Notes: generated by a model from the letters alone, not told the origin. DNA of 64,000 bases from Schizochytrium sp. TIO01 (GCA_004764695.1 SMSO01000014.1:5280845-5344844), one strand, 5' to 3'. Positions 11,319 to 22,928 are shown, counted from the first letter of the stretch. Numbers and translations: made by a program.

Positions 11319-14261
11319 TTAGGTTTGGCAAGCTTCTTCGAATGTACGATTACCGATTGGGCTTGGTTCAGGGTACCCATAATCCGTGGTACAATGACAC
11401 AAAGGAACGCGCCCACCACAACGATACAAAATCTCACATAGTGTCCTAGCTATCGCATGGCAAGCAAAAATACTATTTCCTGATGCGCCACATTCAATTC
11501 GCTGATACAAACGTGCGAGGTCATCCACTCGAGGAATAGGGTCTGAGTCTGGAACAACATTAAACGTATAATGATTAAGATCCTCCGGTTCGATAGGTGG
11601 GTCAAATGTCTTTCGAGATAGCATTGCGTTGACACCCGATATGGCAACTGTGAGAACTTTGAGTTGCGCTCCAGAAATGATTGCAAGTCCTCCGCCAAGA
11701 GAATGGCCGGTAAGCAGAAAACGAGAATTGTTTCGAACCTCCATTGCATCCTCAACAAAGCTCGTCACTTCGCGATAGTAGCTTACATCTTCAATATTTG
11801 CAGCCTCCACCTTACTCACATAGTAAACAAGGTTCGGGATAATTGTGGTCATGAGGCCTCCAAACGGGACAACGGCACGAAGTGCTTGGAAAATTAGAGC
11901 AGTAAACCACAACTGCAGGTCAGTGAATGCATCCATTGCTGTTACTGTCCCTCTCACCGAGACGACATCTGCACTTGAATTTGGGAAGGAAATTAAGTAG
12001 TAGCTCACTGGGGAGGTAGAATCTTCGAGATAAGATTCTGAGAAGTTGCGCTGGAAATAGGCAACATCAGACCCAAACCAAGAATCAAGATAGTCTTGGA
12101 CACCGTCTTCATCAACATATGCAACATAGCTCAAAAAGGCCATGTCTACAAGCCCAAGAGCGCCAGTGGTAACGTCATCAGATTGAGCATTCGCATCAAT
12201 ACGGCACGTAGGGTAATACAAATTGTACGGAAGCTCTGGAGATGGTAATTCGAAATCAGATAAGAAAATGAGATCGCTATCAGACGAAGAAGAGGAGGAA
12301 TTACCATTACGAGCATCATAGGCACTCACAATCAGAAGTGCAAACGCAATGATCGATGCTATTGTGAGCACGAGTACAAGACACACCCGTACGGAGTGCC
12401 TAGATATACGCGTCACCATCATTTCAAGCCGCCTTTGCTCAGGGGAGCCAGCGCCAATTGCTTGCATTGCCCAGTGACCATATTCGCGCAGGAGGATTCT
12501 GGGGCTGCAATAGTGCCGAATAGCAGAAATAAGTGCTAGAATAATGAACAAAACAGCCAGTGGGTAGTTTTCAGTGTAAAGAAGAGCGGCCCAAGGAAGA
12601 ATATAGAAAACCACCAATTCCACAACAAGGATGAACCATATAAGTGCCTGTCTAGGTTGAGCGATTCGCATAGTCTCCCATACTTGATAGTAGATGTGTG
12701 AGTCTTCCTCTTCTAGTCCAACATCTTGCTGCTGAGTCTCGTTGTAATTGGGTTTTGCAGTATGCTTTCGTCGAAAAACATCGATGAGAGTTCGAACAGC
12801 TCGAAATACTCTCGTTGCGACGAGTGCACAAACAATGACTAAGACGAAGACCCAAACTGCTACAGATACCTCGTAGTACCATAACACAGCAATAATAGTG
12901 AGACCGACAAGAATGATACTAAGAACTATACAAATTGCGCTGCTTATCCATTGTACAGGGGAAAGAGACCCAGGTCCGCTGACGATACTGACTGTTGCCC
13001 GCGAAGTTGATGCGCAACAAAGGCCACTCAAGCTCCATGCTGCCGAGGTAAAAAAAGGAACCGCTTCAAGGGACTCTGCAAGACTCCAGATCCGAATGGG
13101 AGGCTGCAAACGCTCATAAAGTCCCATAAAGGTTCCACCGCAACTCAAAATAAAACTGAACCACGTCATGGACACCTTTTCTGGGTTTCGATCTTCAGAA
13201 TACAAAGCAGCTAAGTTGTCAGACTGGTCATGAGCAACTGAGTAAGAGTTGTCTTGGTAGATTGACATCGTAAATCTGACACGAACAAGGAGTAGCTGAC
13301 GCGCAACATGAATGAAGCTACTGTTAGAGTCGACATTCCCATAACCACGAATGATGAGGCCTGCTGCTTTGCATTCGTAAAAGAGAACAGCAAGCGAGTA
13401 GATGCAATAAAGAGAAAGGTAGCCAAAGAACATTGTCAGAGCAGTCGAGTGCCACCAGTTGTCACTACCTCTAAATATGCTTGCAACGAGAGCCAGGAGC
13501 GGGCAAAAGGTAAACGCGATCCAGCCAACCCATTCACTCCAGGCTGGGCCCCACCAACCAATGTTCCGAAAGAATATAAACCCGTCCCAAACGTCAGCAA
13601 CAAAACCGATCGCAAGAGTTATTGCGTTTGCAAGCGAGTGAACTAGTACAGGAACAGCTAACAGTTGAATTACAGCAAAGCCAACATCAGCTTCCACATC
13701 AGTGTTTCGAGGGTAAAGGTCCGTCGCAATTGAAAGGAAAATGTGCAGAAGAATGTCTATGCTTGCAGCAAACACGAAACCAGCCATTACAATTGCGCCC
13801 GTAGTGTAAAGAAGTCTAAGAAAAGTAAGGCCAAAATTTCCAATGGATGCTCGTTTCACTGTGTATTGAGGGTACTCTTCTCCTTCATCTCCAGGATTTA
13901 TCATCCGGCGCTGCTCGAGAACAATTTGATGATTTTTCTCTTGGATAACATGGATGTTCCTGTCACGAAACCTCAGTGGCGTAATTCCTGATCCCAATGT
14001 GAAATGGTCTTGAAGTTCTATCTCTGCGTGAGTCAAAGCTTCACCATGAGCTACGGGTTCGTGAAAGGAGGACGACGAGGCCTCACCGCGCTCCTCATCT
14101 CGGCTCATTGGTTTGAGATTGGATTCCGTAAGAGACCGTGCACCACCTTTTGATTTGGTCTGTTGTTGTCTCCCAGCGTAATGGGGATGGTTTTTGTTTT
14201 GAGCGGCCTCCTGATCAATGTCGTGATGCAGGATGGTGCTCACGGACAATCCAGGAGCCAT
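11319..14261 (-). CDS. Multi-pass membrane protein with C-terminal class 3 lipase domain
   Basis: 980-aa ORF with many hydrophobic helices, then VVSVRGT, nucleophile elbow LLTGHSLGGG, VPDSDPIPRVD (Asp) and ACHAI (His). Confidence 0.85.
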   Translation of the reverse strand: MAPGLSVSTILHHDIDQEAAQNKNHPHYAGRQQQTKSKGGARSLTESNLKPMSRDEERGEASSSSFHEPVAHGEALTHAEIELQDHFTLGSGITPLRFRDRNIHVIQEKNHQIVLEQRRMINPGDEGEEYPQYTVKRASIGNFGLTFLRLLYTTGAIVMAGFVFAASIDILLHIFLSIATDLYPRNTDVEADVGFAVIQLLAVPVLVHSLANAITLAIGFVADVWDGFIFFRNIGWWGPAWSEWVGWIAFTFCPLLALVASIFRGSDNWWHSTALTMFFGYLSLYCIYSLAVLFYECKAAGLIIRGYGNVDSNSSFIHVARQLLLVRVRFTMSIYQDNSYSVAHDQSDNLAALYSEDRNPEKVSMTWFSFILSCGGTFMGLYERLQPPIRIWSLAESLEAVPFFTSAAWSLSGLCCASTSRATVSIVSGPGSLSPVQWISSAICIVLSIILVGLTIIAVLWYYEVSVAVWVFVLVIVCALVATRVFRAVRTLIDVFRRKHTAKPNYNETQQQDVGLEEEDSHIYYQVWETMRIAQPRQALIWFILVVELVVFYILPWAALLYTENYPLAVLFIILALISAIRHYCSPRILLREYGHWAMQAIGAGSPEQRRLEMMVTRISRHSVRVCLVLVLTIASIIAFALLIVSAYDARNGNSSSSSSDSDLIFLSDFELPSPELPYNLYYPTCRIDANAQSDDVTTGALGLVDMAFLSYVAYVDEDGVQDYLDSWFGSDVAYFQRNFSESYLEDSTSPVSYYLISFPNSSADVVSVRGTVTAMDAFTDLQLWFTALIFQALRAVVPFGGLMTTIIPNLVYYVSKVEAANIEDVSYYREVTSFVEDAMEVRNNSRFLLTGHSLGGGLAIISGAQLKVLTVAISGVNAMLSRKTFDPPIEPEDLNHYTFNVVPDSDPIPRVDDLARLYQRIECGASGNSIFACHAIARTLCEILYRCGGRVPLCHCTTDYGYPEPSPIGNRTFEEACQT

Positions 14262-15909
14262 CCCAAACTAAGCTTCTTCGTACCCAAAGTAACTCTTAGC
14301 GAAACTCCTATATGATTTATATGGCTTTTGCAAGTCTCACTCAGGAGGAAGCCGAATAAGGTAACTCGTGCTTCTAAGATAGTAGCAGCACTACAGGGTA
14401 CTAGCCAGAGTTGCTAGCAGGTACTAGGCTAAATGTTAACGACCTCGTTTGTTTTTCTTTTCGCCAAAGAGGGACTCACTCACTCACTACCTTCTACCTT
14501 GAACTTGTTTCGTCCTTCGATCCACCAACCCACAACGTAGAGAGGTAATCACTGGCAGGAAGGACGTCAGTCTTCCGATGTGGCTCTTTAATTCAGAGCG
14601 GAGGCCACGACACTAAAGCAAGATGACTTGAGGTCCTTGAACTTTCCACTTACAAGCTTGTGCTGATTTCTAGCAGAGTTGCCAGTGCTGGCAGTGAGCT
14701 CTTGAGCTCTTGAGCTCTTGAGTTCTTTTCAATTTATCTCAATTGAACCGGCCAGAATCTGCAACCTGCTCTAGCTAGAGAGTAGTCCTACGATTTGCTC
14801 AACACGATCGAATAGGCACTGCTACTGATAACATATAGGTAAGGACTATTAGCACGACGAGGAAGCACGACCTCCAGAGACTTCACCCTATATTTCAATT
14901 CTCCAAAGAAGACTTTACCCTCCAAACCTGAGAGACTCCTCTCCTTCTTCTTCTTCGTTTTGTTCTTGTCGTTGGTGTTGTTATTGATGTTGATTCACCC
15001 GTGGTGCCCAGGATAGATTTTATGAAACGGGATGACGTTATTCCTTTATGGAGGAGTTGTTTATGTGAAATAATACCACAGGACTTGGCTTTACTCTGCC
15101 ACAAATAACTTGTGTTCAAGGGAATTGAAGAAAGCCTTGAAGACCTTCGAAACCTCAATATGAGACAGACGTAAGCATGTAGAAAATAACTTGAAAATGG
15201 TTGTGGTTCGCAAGTGCTCGCACAGGCCAACACGAACGATCTGATGCAAAGACCGGTGAGTTAGAGGTCTGCTCCTCATTTATGAAGGAGGGATCAGCAG
15301 CAACATTTTACCCTCTCTCGACCTCTTAATCCCCTTAGCTACCTCTAGAGTACGACGAGGTACGACTATTCTGTTTTGAGGGTCTGAAAAAGTTGCAATT
15401 TACAGGAGACATATTGAAGGAGGCCCACGCACAAAATGTTTGACACAATGTCATAGAAGCCACCATCCTATTCTGCATTCATCAAGTTTTTGACAGCTAG
15501 AAGGGCTCTCGTCAAGCTACTAGAAAGAAACAATATGATTTTGTTATTGTTCTAAGGTGATCTAAAAAATTAAAATAGATTAGCTTAAAATTTTTTAACA
15601 TTTTAAAAGATATGTTTTTACGTAGACCTATCTCTTATGTGTGCAATTTTTTTTTCTGGCCTTCCAAATGATGATATTTCTCCAGTAAGCTGGTGAAAGT
15701 TGTCCTTGGCGAGCGAGGGTTCCTCAATTCGCGAATTTTCTTTCGTAATAGTACGTACAAAGAAGTTTTTTTTTCAAATTAGTAAGATAACAAATAAAGT
15801 TTTCAGCGCGTGCACACGACCACAAAAAAATAACTTAGAATTTATACTAGGTAGATGATAAGGGTGTGTGAAACAAAAAAAAACATCGTATAGGGTTCGT
15901 TAGTAAATA

Positions 15910-18141
15910 ATGTACGAAGCTTCACACCAAACATCACAAACTAGTTTGCAGCAGCAGCAGACCCCAATCGTTCGAGGATCCAACAATCGTTTGAACACCA
16001 TGCTCAATGGTTTCAGGAGAGCTGCCAGTACCATTGGTAGACTAGGTTCACGCCAAGGAGATACCTCTTCGGTATTTCGGATGATTGTCCCGACCCGAGA
16101 AGGTACTAGAGTGTTGAGCAGTGTAAATCCGGCAACCATTGTTCAATCTAGCCTAGAGGCGGGTAGAGCTGAGCTCAAGAAAAAAAAGGAGGAGTATAAT
16201 GATACGCTTCAACAAAAGAGGTACCTCGAGGGTGAACGTGACAAGTTGTCGCAAAAAGTTGAGAAACTGGAACAGAAACTCATTGGAACCTTAGGAGATG
16301 ACGATTACGTGTTTCTGCATGCCTTCTTGGACGAGGATGCCAGGAGCATCACCGACGAAGTATTTGAAAGTCATTTCGGTTGTCTGCCAGGAGCTATAGA
16401 TATTAGGATTCTTAAATTATATCCTTCGTTCGAAATGCTTCTCAAAGCGGAAAAATCCTTAGAACTGACCAAGCAAGACATTCTTGGCAATCAAGAACAC
16501 CTTACCAGTCTTGGTGGATATATCCATAAATCTGAAGCAGCAATCGAGGAGCTAGCGAGAACTGATCTGTCCCGCGGTTCAGAACCGAAAAGTCTCAACA
16601 CGGTGTTTCAACAAGCTTTGCCAACTTTGAAGGAGACGGGTGAATTACTCGCGAACCCTACAAGTCTTGCGAACCATAAGAACTATCCTGTATCGCCCAT
16701 GGAAGTGAGAACGTGGTCTATCAATGACTTCTTGAGTTATTGCCGCCGCCGAGACTATATTGACACCCTGAATCAAATATCTACTACACTCGACATCGCG
16801 GTAACATTTGAATCCATGACTAGTTTGAGTAGGTTAGGAACTGAGGAATCAGTCGAAAAACCTTTTGAACTTTTCATGGCGTACGTATTGACGGCCATGA
16901 ATCTATCTGGCAATGAAAAGTTACCTGACTCAATGACTCTGTACACCTCAGCTGTAAGGAAACCTGCGCCGCGAGGTCTAATGGACTTTATGATTAGTCG
17001 TGGTCTCCAAGGAGATGAATCTAGTTCGTCGCTTCCTAACCGCCAGGAACCGATGATCGCGGGCGAATTTAAAGGTCCAGGCTTTGAAACCAGTGATCTC
17101 GGTAAGGCATACTGTCATTGGGAATGTACCGGTGTGGGCTGCGATTCCCAACGGCACAAAGATCATTCGGTCATTCGACAACTTTATAACTATATGTACT
17201 TGAATGGTCTCTTGGTTGGCATTTACTCGAACTACCTGCATACCCATGTTTTCATTAGGGATTGTTATGGCAACCTGCTCATCACTGAACCCGTTACATA
17301 TAATCAGGTTGGAGACATTGAGAATGGAGAAATCAGTACGATGCAGCTTATTGCACTTGCTATTCTTATCGCTGGTGATAAAACGGATATGGATATTGGA
17401 ACTATCGATGAGATGATCATGGTTCCCTGTGGTGGTGAAGCAGAAGGGTCCAATGACCCAAGACGTATGACACTACCAGAAACATGTAGGAGTGACCGGG
17501 ACGTGAAGCATGAAACGAAGAAATCACAAGATAAAAAAGATGTGCGTGGCTATGGTAGCGATTGTACAAGTGATGGTAGCGCGGTTGACATGCTCGAGGC
17601 AATACGTCGCCGGGAGTTTAGTGATCTCCCAGAAGGCCGCACGGGACCAGTATTTCGCTTTCATTTCCCCCAACTAGGAGAAGAAAAGAGCGACAATGTG
17701 GTGAAGGTACTGGACATGTTTAAACAACAACATGAGATTCCCGCATTTGAATATGAAGCTGAAATCTACAAGCAATTGGAATCGCTACAAGGCGAAAATA
17801 TCCCCGAGTTCATCGATCATGGAATATTTGATGATCATGTTATGTACGGTTTTGGAACAAAGTATGCTGGTGAGTCTTTGTCACCTGAAGACATCACGGA
17901 TGACTTTGTGGAAGAGGCAGTGGGTGCTCTCGATGCGATCCACAGCCTCGGTGTGTTGCACGGTGATGTTGCGGCTCGCAATGTCCTGTGTAATAAGGAA
18001 ACTCAAAGGCCTGTCATTATCGACTTTGGCATGGCTAAGCGCAAGACGGACATGAGTGAGGAAGCCTTCGGTCAATCTGCAGATCGGGAGATTGCTGAAC
18101 TTCGACGTGAGTTGGAGACAGTAAGAACAAAGCAGTCTTAA
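15910..18141 (+). CDS. Coiled-coil + restriction-endonuclease-like (PD-(D/E)xK) domain + minimal protein kinase (Crinkler-effector-like REase-kinase)
   Basis: Intact 743-aa ORF. MDFMI...AGEFKG...QLYNYM..NG...GIYSNY fits the REase pattern. Kinase motifs GRTGPV, VVK, EAEIY..L..LQG..IP, LHGDVAARNVL, IIDFG; truncated C-lobe. Confidence 0.78.
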   Translation: MYEASHQTSQTSLQQQQTPIVRGSNNRLNTMLNGFRRAASTIGRLGSRQGDTSSVFRMIVPTREGTRVLSSVNPATIVQSSLEAGRAELKKKKEEYNDTLQQKRYLEGERDKLSQKVEKLEQKLIGTLGDDDYVFLHAFLDEDARSITDEVFESHFGCLPGAIDIRILKLYPSFEMLLKAEKSLELTKQDILGNQEHLTSLGGYIHKSEAAIEELARTDLSRGSEPKSLNTVFQQALPTLKETGELLANPTSLANHKNYPVSPMEVRTWSINDFLSYCRRRDYIDTLNQISTTLDIAVTFESMTSLSRLGTEESVEKPFELFMAYVLTAMNLSGNEKLPDSMTLYTSAVRKPAPRGLMDFMISRGLQGDESSSSLPNRQEPMIAGEFKGPGFETSDLGKAYCHWECTGVGCDSQRHKDHSVIRQLYNYMYLNGLLVGIYSNYLHTHVFIRDCYGNLLITEPVTYNQVGDIENGEISTMQLIALAILIAGDKTDMDIGTIDEMIMVPCGGEAEGSNDPRRMTLPETCRSDRDVKHETKKSQDKKDVRGYGSDCTSDGSAVDMLEAIRRREFSDLPEGRTGPVFRFHFPQLGEEKSDNVVKVLDMFKQQHEIPAFEYEAEIYKQLESLQGENIPEFIDHGIFDDHVMYGFGTKYAGESLSPEDITDDFVEEAVGALDAIHSLGVLHGDVAARNVLCNKETQRPVIIDFGMAKRKTDMSEEAFGQSADREIAELRRELETVRTKQS

Positions 18142-18457
18142 AAGATTTAAAAATGTTATTTTTTTGTTTCAAAGATATTTTTTTACTAAGGTTAATAAAA
18201 AAAAAACATTTCAATAAAATTAACAAATGTGCTTGTTGCACTACAAGATGAACATTTATTTATTTAACCTTTTAAAAACTTTCTCTGTCTTTTCCATTTT
18301 TTCCTACTAAGTCCAGATTAGAATAAACACTATCATAGAAGCCGTATAAGTTATCTAATCGGAAAAAAAAATTAACAATAATTATATGTTGCCTTGAAAA
18401 AAAATATATATATTATTAATCTTTGTTTGTGTGTTTGTTAAGAGACACTCACGCACG

Positions 18458-18700
18458 ATGAATGTTATCTACAACTCAGACGAGGTAATCCTCACTTGTA
18501 TGAAATGCAAGTACACACCTAGACGGGCAACGTGTCCACACATTGGTACTGGCGTTTCTGACCTCACAACGATCTCACTTCCCAACTGGCAGAATCCGCG
18601 TAAGCGCGAATTGATTGAAGATATTATGCGTCTGGACAAAATCTATCGTGCTCAAGAGGCTCTTAAAAATCTTGAAATCACTCAAACGAGTAAACTCTAG
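18458..18700 (+). CDS. Small hypothetical protein with CxxC-x8-CxH putative zinc finger
   Basis: First ATG at 18458 (MNVIYNSDEVILTCMKCKYTPRRATCPHIG...); flanked by AT-rich non-coding DNA. Confidence 0.5.
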   Translation: MNVIYNSDEVILTCMKCKYTPRRATCPHIGTGVSDLTTISLPNWQNPRKRELIEDIMRLDKIYRAQEALKNLEITQTSKL

Positions 18701-18920
18701 TAATTTTATATTTAGTCAAATTTTTGTTTTCTTCTAAAAAATGTTTTTATTGTTTTACTAAACAAATTGATTGGTTTCTATTAGTTAGTGTCGAAGTAGT
18801 TATATCAATAGAACAAAAAAATGTAAAACCGCCCAAGGCATTTTTTTGCACCAAACTAAACTCAACCAAAGCCCCAACCTCCAAGTGGCCTCCAGCATCC
18901 CGCAACCTCCCGACACTACC

Positions 18921-19586
18921 ATGGTCAGACCCGAGCCTAACGATGACGATTCTTCCCTCATGGATCTCCCCAAGGAAGATCTCATCGCGGCGGTCCATGC
19001 TTTACAAACTACCAACACCTTGCTAAGAGAAGTCGCCAACCTTCACAAGCAGCGTCATGAACAAGCTAGTGAGCGCAACGACGAACTCATGTCCCAACTT
19101 CGCGAGTCAATTGATCACACCAAGCAAACTCAGGCTACCAATATCGAGTTATCAAGAGCTTACTTGAACATCTCAAGGAGACTCGAAGTCGAGCGCAACA
19201 TCGCAGACCAGCACCTCGAGAATCTATCTTCGCACAAAATCAAGGCCAAGAGAGTTCTTTGCAATCTGAGAACCTTATCCAAGTATATGGAAATTGACGT
19301 CGACGAAACTCTTGAGGAAGCCCCCTTTGAAGCCATCAAGATTAACAAGGAAATCTTGAACAATGCTTCCAAGACTTTCTATAAAAATATCGATCGAAAC
19401 ATTCGAGAGTTCAACGAATTGAATGAGGTCCTTGGAACACAAATTCAAAAGATTGACATTCGCATGCACGCCATGGCTGAGGAGAAAGCTAAATTCGAAA
19501 ATCTGAAACGTCAACACGAAAACTCCCTGAGTGTCAGTGGGAACTTGCAACAAAAATTCGACGACCTATGCCTTGGTGGTGTATGA
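18921..19586 (+). CDS. Hypothetical coiled-coil protein
   Basis: First ATG at 18921 after a C/A-rich leader; heptad-rich helical sequence; intact. Confidence 0.65.
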   Translation: MVRPEPNDDDSSLMDLPKEDLIAAVHALQTTNTLLREVANLHKQRHEQASERNDELMSQLRESIDHTKQTQATNIELSRAYLNISRRLEVERNIADQHLENLSSHKIKAKRVLCNLRTLSKYMEIDVDETLEEAPFEAIKINKEILNNASKTFYKNIDRNIREFNELNEVLGTQIQKIDIRMHAMAEEKAKFENLKRQHENSLSVSGNLQQKFDDLCLGGV

Positions 19587-19879
19587 ATTGTTTGGTTTAT
19601 TTCGTTAAAGTGATACTTTGATTTTTTTTTTTTAAAACCACCGCACTTAGCTAGTTAGTGAGTTATACAGGTAACGCACAATAGTTAAGTCATTTAATAG
19701 GCCTTTAAATACTTCTAGTCTATGTTAATATACATAGTTAAAACTAATGTGACCGCCGAATGGGGGGACCCGAATGCGTTCCCGTGTTCCCTTTGTTCTA
19801 AGAACGCATGGGGCCCAAAATATATTCCCTGTGTTCCCTCTGTTCTGTTCCCACATAATAATATTAGGAACATGTAGGT

Positions 19880-20209
19880 TTATGTAGGGTTGCGGTAGGC
19901 CGACATGGCAAATTCAACCGATTTCAATTCGTCTTTCGATAGCTCATTACATAACTTGTTTAGGTCGGCAACGACAAGTATTAATCGATTATTAGCGACA
20001 CACCACGGTGCTGGATATATTTCCCGATAAAAAATTCCCATTAGAGAGCCACGACCCTGTAAAGCTTCGGTGCGGAGTTTGATCATCTCATGTGTTTTAT
20101 GTGAAAATAGACTCCATTCATAACTTTTCATTTCTTCAAGGAGTTCATTCAATTCATAGAGATATTATTGAAAGTACTGAGCGTATTGTGTAAGTCGTTC
20201 TTCAATCAT
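19880..20209 (-). pseudogene. ORFan family A copy 1, with premature TAA
   Basis: ATG at 20209 (MIEERLTQYAQYFQ*YLYELNELL...) is in frame with ORF 19880..20152; one TAA at 20165-20167. C-terminus resembles the 24894-25221 remnant. Confidence 0.6.
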
Positions 20210-20484
20210 TGTGATTGATAGTGTAAGAATTCTTGAAGTTCTTTTCAAATATTATTTTATAGAGTTATGAATATACGTCGATTAGGTTAGGTGCGTTGAG
20301 TGAAGGAACGCTGCAACCTGAGTTAGGAGGCAATCGCTGCCATGCAACCAACCAAGAACGAAGCGAGAAAAGTAGACAACAGGTCCATCTTATTTATTCA
20401 TCTGACACATAAAAATCAATTCTTATTTATATATTCTTTAAAGTCATGTTTCGTGCCATCATGAGCTCACTTTATATAAAGTAT

Positions 20485-21340
20485 TTAGTTTGGTATGTAA
20501 TTAACTTCAGGGGCAAACTCGGGCATGCGCATTTGGAAAAATCGCACGCTCCGCTGCAAACGGCGTTCCAGTAATAGCTCAGGGGTTAAATAGTTCGGAA
20601 AGCAGTGTGAATTGACCCCTGGATGTTGACCAAATGGGCCTGTGTACACTCGCTTAATCAAGTCGGGACTCGTAACAAGGGCCTCCTCTTGGGAATGTAC
20701 CACCAGGAACCAATCGTTGAACGACCACGCATAGTCAGCAACCTTAGGAGACACGTTGTTAAGGGTTTGGGGATGTAGCTTAGTGTCCAAATGGTCCTGA
20801 ATATACTCATACTTAAGCAGGTCGATGGCGATTGTGAGAAGATACCTATAGAAGATGTTGAAGAATGTAGCAACATCATTGAAGCGACCCTGTACCAGGT
20901 CAAGATCAATATGTAAGAATCGTTCCTTCCTAATGCCCACCTTAACAAAACCAGCAAGAAGCAAGGTGAGATTCCAATGTAACCGGGGCATTCAGGATTG
21001 GAAATATGTTTTTTCGATTCAAAAAAGTCCAATCAGTACCCTCTGTGCCATTTTGCCGGAGGATATTTTGAACAAATTTCCATTGAGTTGCCTTGTCTTG
21101 GTACCCCCTACCAGCAATGGCAGCGACGAGCATGGCGGGGATGCAGAAGGTGTTGGCGGTCTCGGGGTTGCGCTGGAAGCTCTCGATGTACATGTAGGCG
21201 GTGAAGAGGTCCATCTTGTTGGTGGGCATCTTGGCAGCAAGCTGCTGGTGCTGCTCCTCCGTAAGGCGTGCCAGGTTGGCAGAGAGCTCAGCCACATCTA
21301 CGGTAGGAAGTTGGTCGTTGCTGGTAGCTTGAGTGGTCAT
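20485..21340 (-). pseudogene. Probable single frameshifted gene with MSV199/KilA-AntA-like DNA-binding domain
   Basis: ORFs 20942..21340 and 20485..20991 overlap by 50 nt in adjacent frames. The joined pattern F.I...V...GY..K....ILRQNGTEGTDW...L...GFVKV....DVATFF resembles this large-DNA-virus family. Matched by eye only. Confidence 0.45.
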
Positions 21341-21397
21341 AATGGATGGGTGGTCAGGTGGGCAAGTGTTTATGCTTTCTTACTTTGGCTCGGCGAC

Positions 21398-21473
21398 GCT
21401 GAGTTAGGGTTTTGCTTTGGTCAAAGTTCGAAATTTGCATTTCAGTTTTTAAACAAGCTAACTAACTACCGTT
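21398..21473 (-). repeat. Island intergenic repeat, copy 1 (full)
   Basis: 21405-21473 matches 23423-23490 with about 3 substitutions and 1 indel; 21398-21418 is identical to 24460-24480. Confidence 0.9.
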
Positions 21474-21529
21474 TGGGGGGGAGGGTCGATTCGTACCAGC
21501 CAAAGTTATTATTTTTCGAAGAGGTTAAG

Positions 21530-21582
21530 TTTGGTTGTTAGAAATTTGCATTTTTGTTTTGTCTAAAAAGCCAACTAACAGT
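21530..21582 (-). repeat. Island intergenic repeat, diverged copy 2
   Basis: tttggttgttagaaatttgcattttt...aaaaagccaactaac shares the GAAATTTGCATTTT core and the AACTAAC tail. Confidence 0.65.
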
Positions 21583-22928
21583 CTGCTTTTTGGTAGCAAA
21601 ACATGTTGTTGTTGTTGTTTTCTCCTGAGGTGGGTTCGTTGGTTATTATTATCATCTCGAGAAATTCCTTGTTCTCTATTAAATACATGATGAGCTAGGT
21701 TAGTACCATTTAACTCATCGCGGATCTCACGCGCTATTTGACGAGTAGCGGGCGCTGTAGGCTGAGTCAGATATTTGTAAAAGGGTGTTCCGGCAGTAGC
21801 GCTACGCAAATATTCAAAGTTAAGTCTTCCAAATGCATAATCACTGATATGTATCATTATGTAGACGAAACTATCCCACATCTTGCGGTCAATGATGTCT
21901 TGTAATTCAAATCTATCCACATCTATGTCAGTGAAGGCGCGGAGAGCGGCCACGAAGTTACGATCAGGCACTGGCCGCATTCGCTCGAAGATAGGCTGGC
22001 CCTTAAAATTTCTGGGAATCCCAACTAATTCAAATATATTACCTTGGTGAATATACTTCAGCATGTCGTAATCAACGAGAACCTTGATCAAAGCTTTATG
22101 GTCTTCTTTCTCACGTATTGCATTTTTTATGCATCTAAGAATGGTACGCTTAAGAAAATCGAGTTCGTCAGCACGACGAGAATTGAATTCGGGATCACGA
22201 AGATAATCGAGAATGTTACGACGAAGATAACTGAATTCAGGAAGCTTACTCCAGTTCATATATTCCATAAGCATCATGATCTCTTCTGGACGGTTGTTCT
22301 CGCATAATAAGCTTAAAATACTAGCAAAATCTTGAATAGATAATTTTCCACCAGGTAGACACCCAAAAATTAACCTAACACAACATTACATCTTCAATTC
22401 TACCATACTTTTAAGTATGGATGTGGTATATACCATGTCAGGGATTAGCAGAAACAGGTAATACAAGTTATACTCAGTTACCTCTGACTCCATAAAAGCT
22501 GTTTCATTCAGAAAAAGAAACAAGTATTTGTGGTGGTGAAATCTATTCTCCATAATACTGGACTGCAATAATGTGAACATCAATTTGCTTCGATCATCTT
22601 TCCCGATCAAAGCCGTCTCTAGCAAAGTCGCACGAAGGCTGAACTGATGAACCGCCTCCACTAGCGAATCCTCCGGCGGGCTAAGAGGCTTCATGATTGT
22701 ATATCCCTTGTCTAAAAGAACTGACAACATTTGCGGTCGATTGGCTTCACATGCTTCCGCTAGTAACTCATGAGACCAGTCAGCAGCTATGCTCTTGATG
22801 GGTAGAAGGTAATTGATAATAAAGTTACTGTTGCTGTCGAAGGCCTGCTTCAAACATTCATATTGTAAGTAGGTGAAGCTGGCTTCGTTGTAATCTGGAT
22901 ACGAATACTTGAATATAACCAATTTATC

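Noticed and set aside
20855-21541. 228-aa plus-strand ORF
   Set aside because: Antisense to the 21340 gene and runs through the non-coding repeat.
19880-22388. TAA stop-codon reassignment in the island (two in-frame TAAs)
   Set aside because: TAA also ends island genes in front of non-coding DNA (18141, 19880, 20485), and frameshifts co-occur, so ordinary decay explains it.
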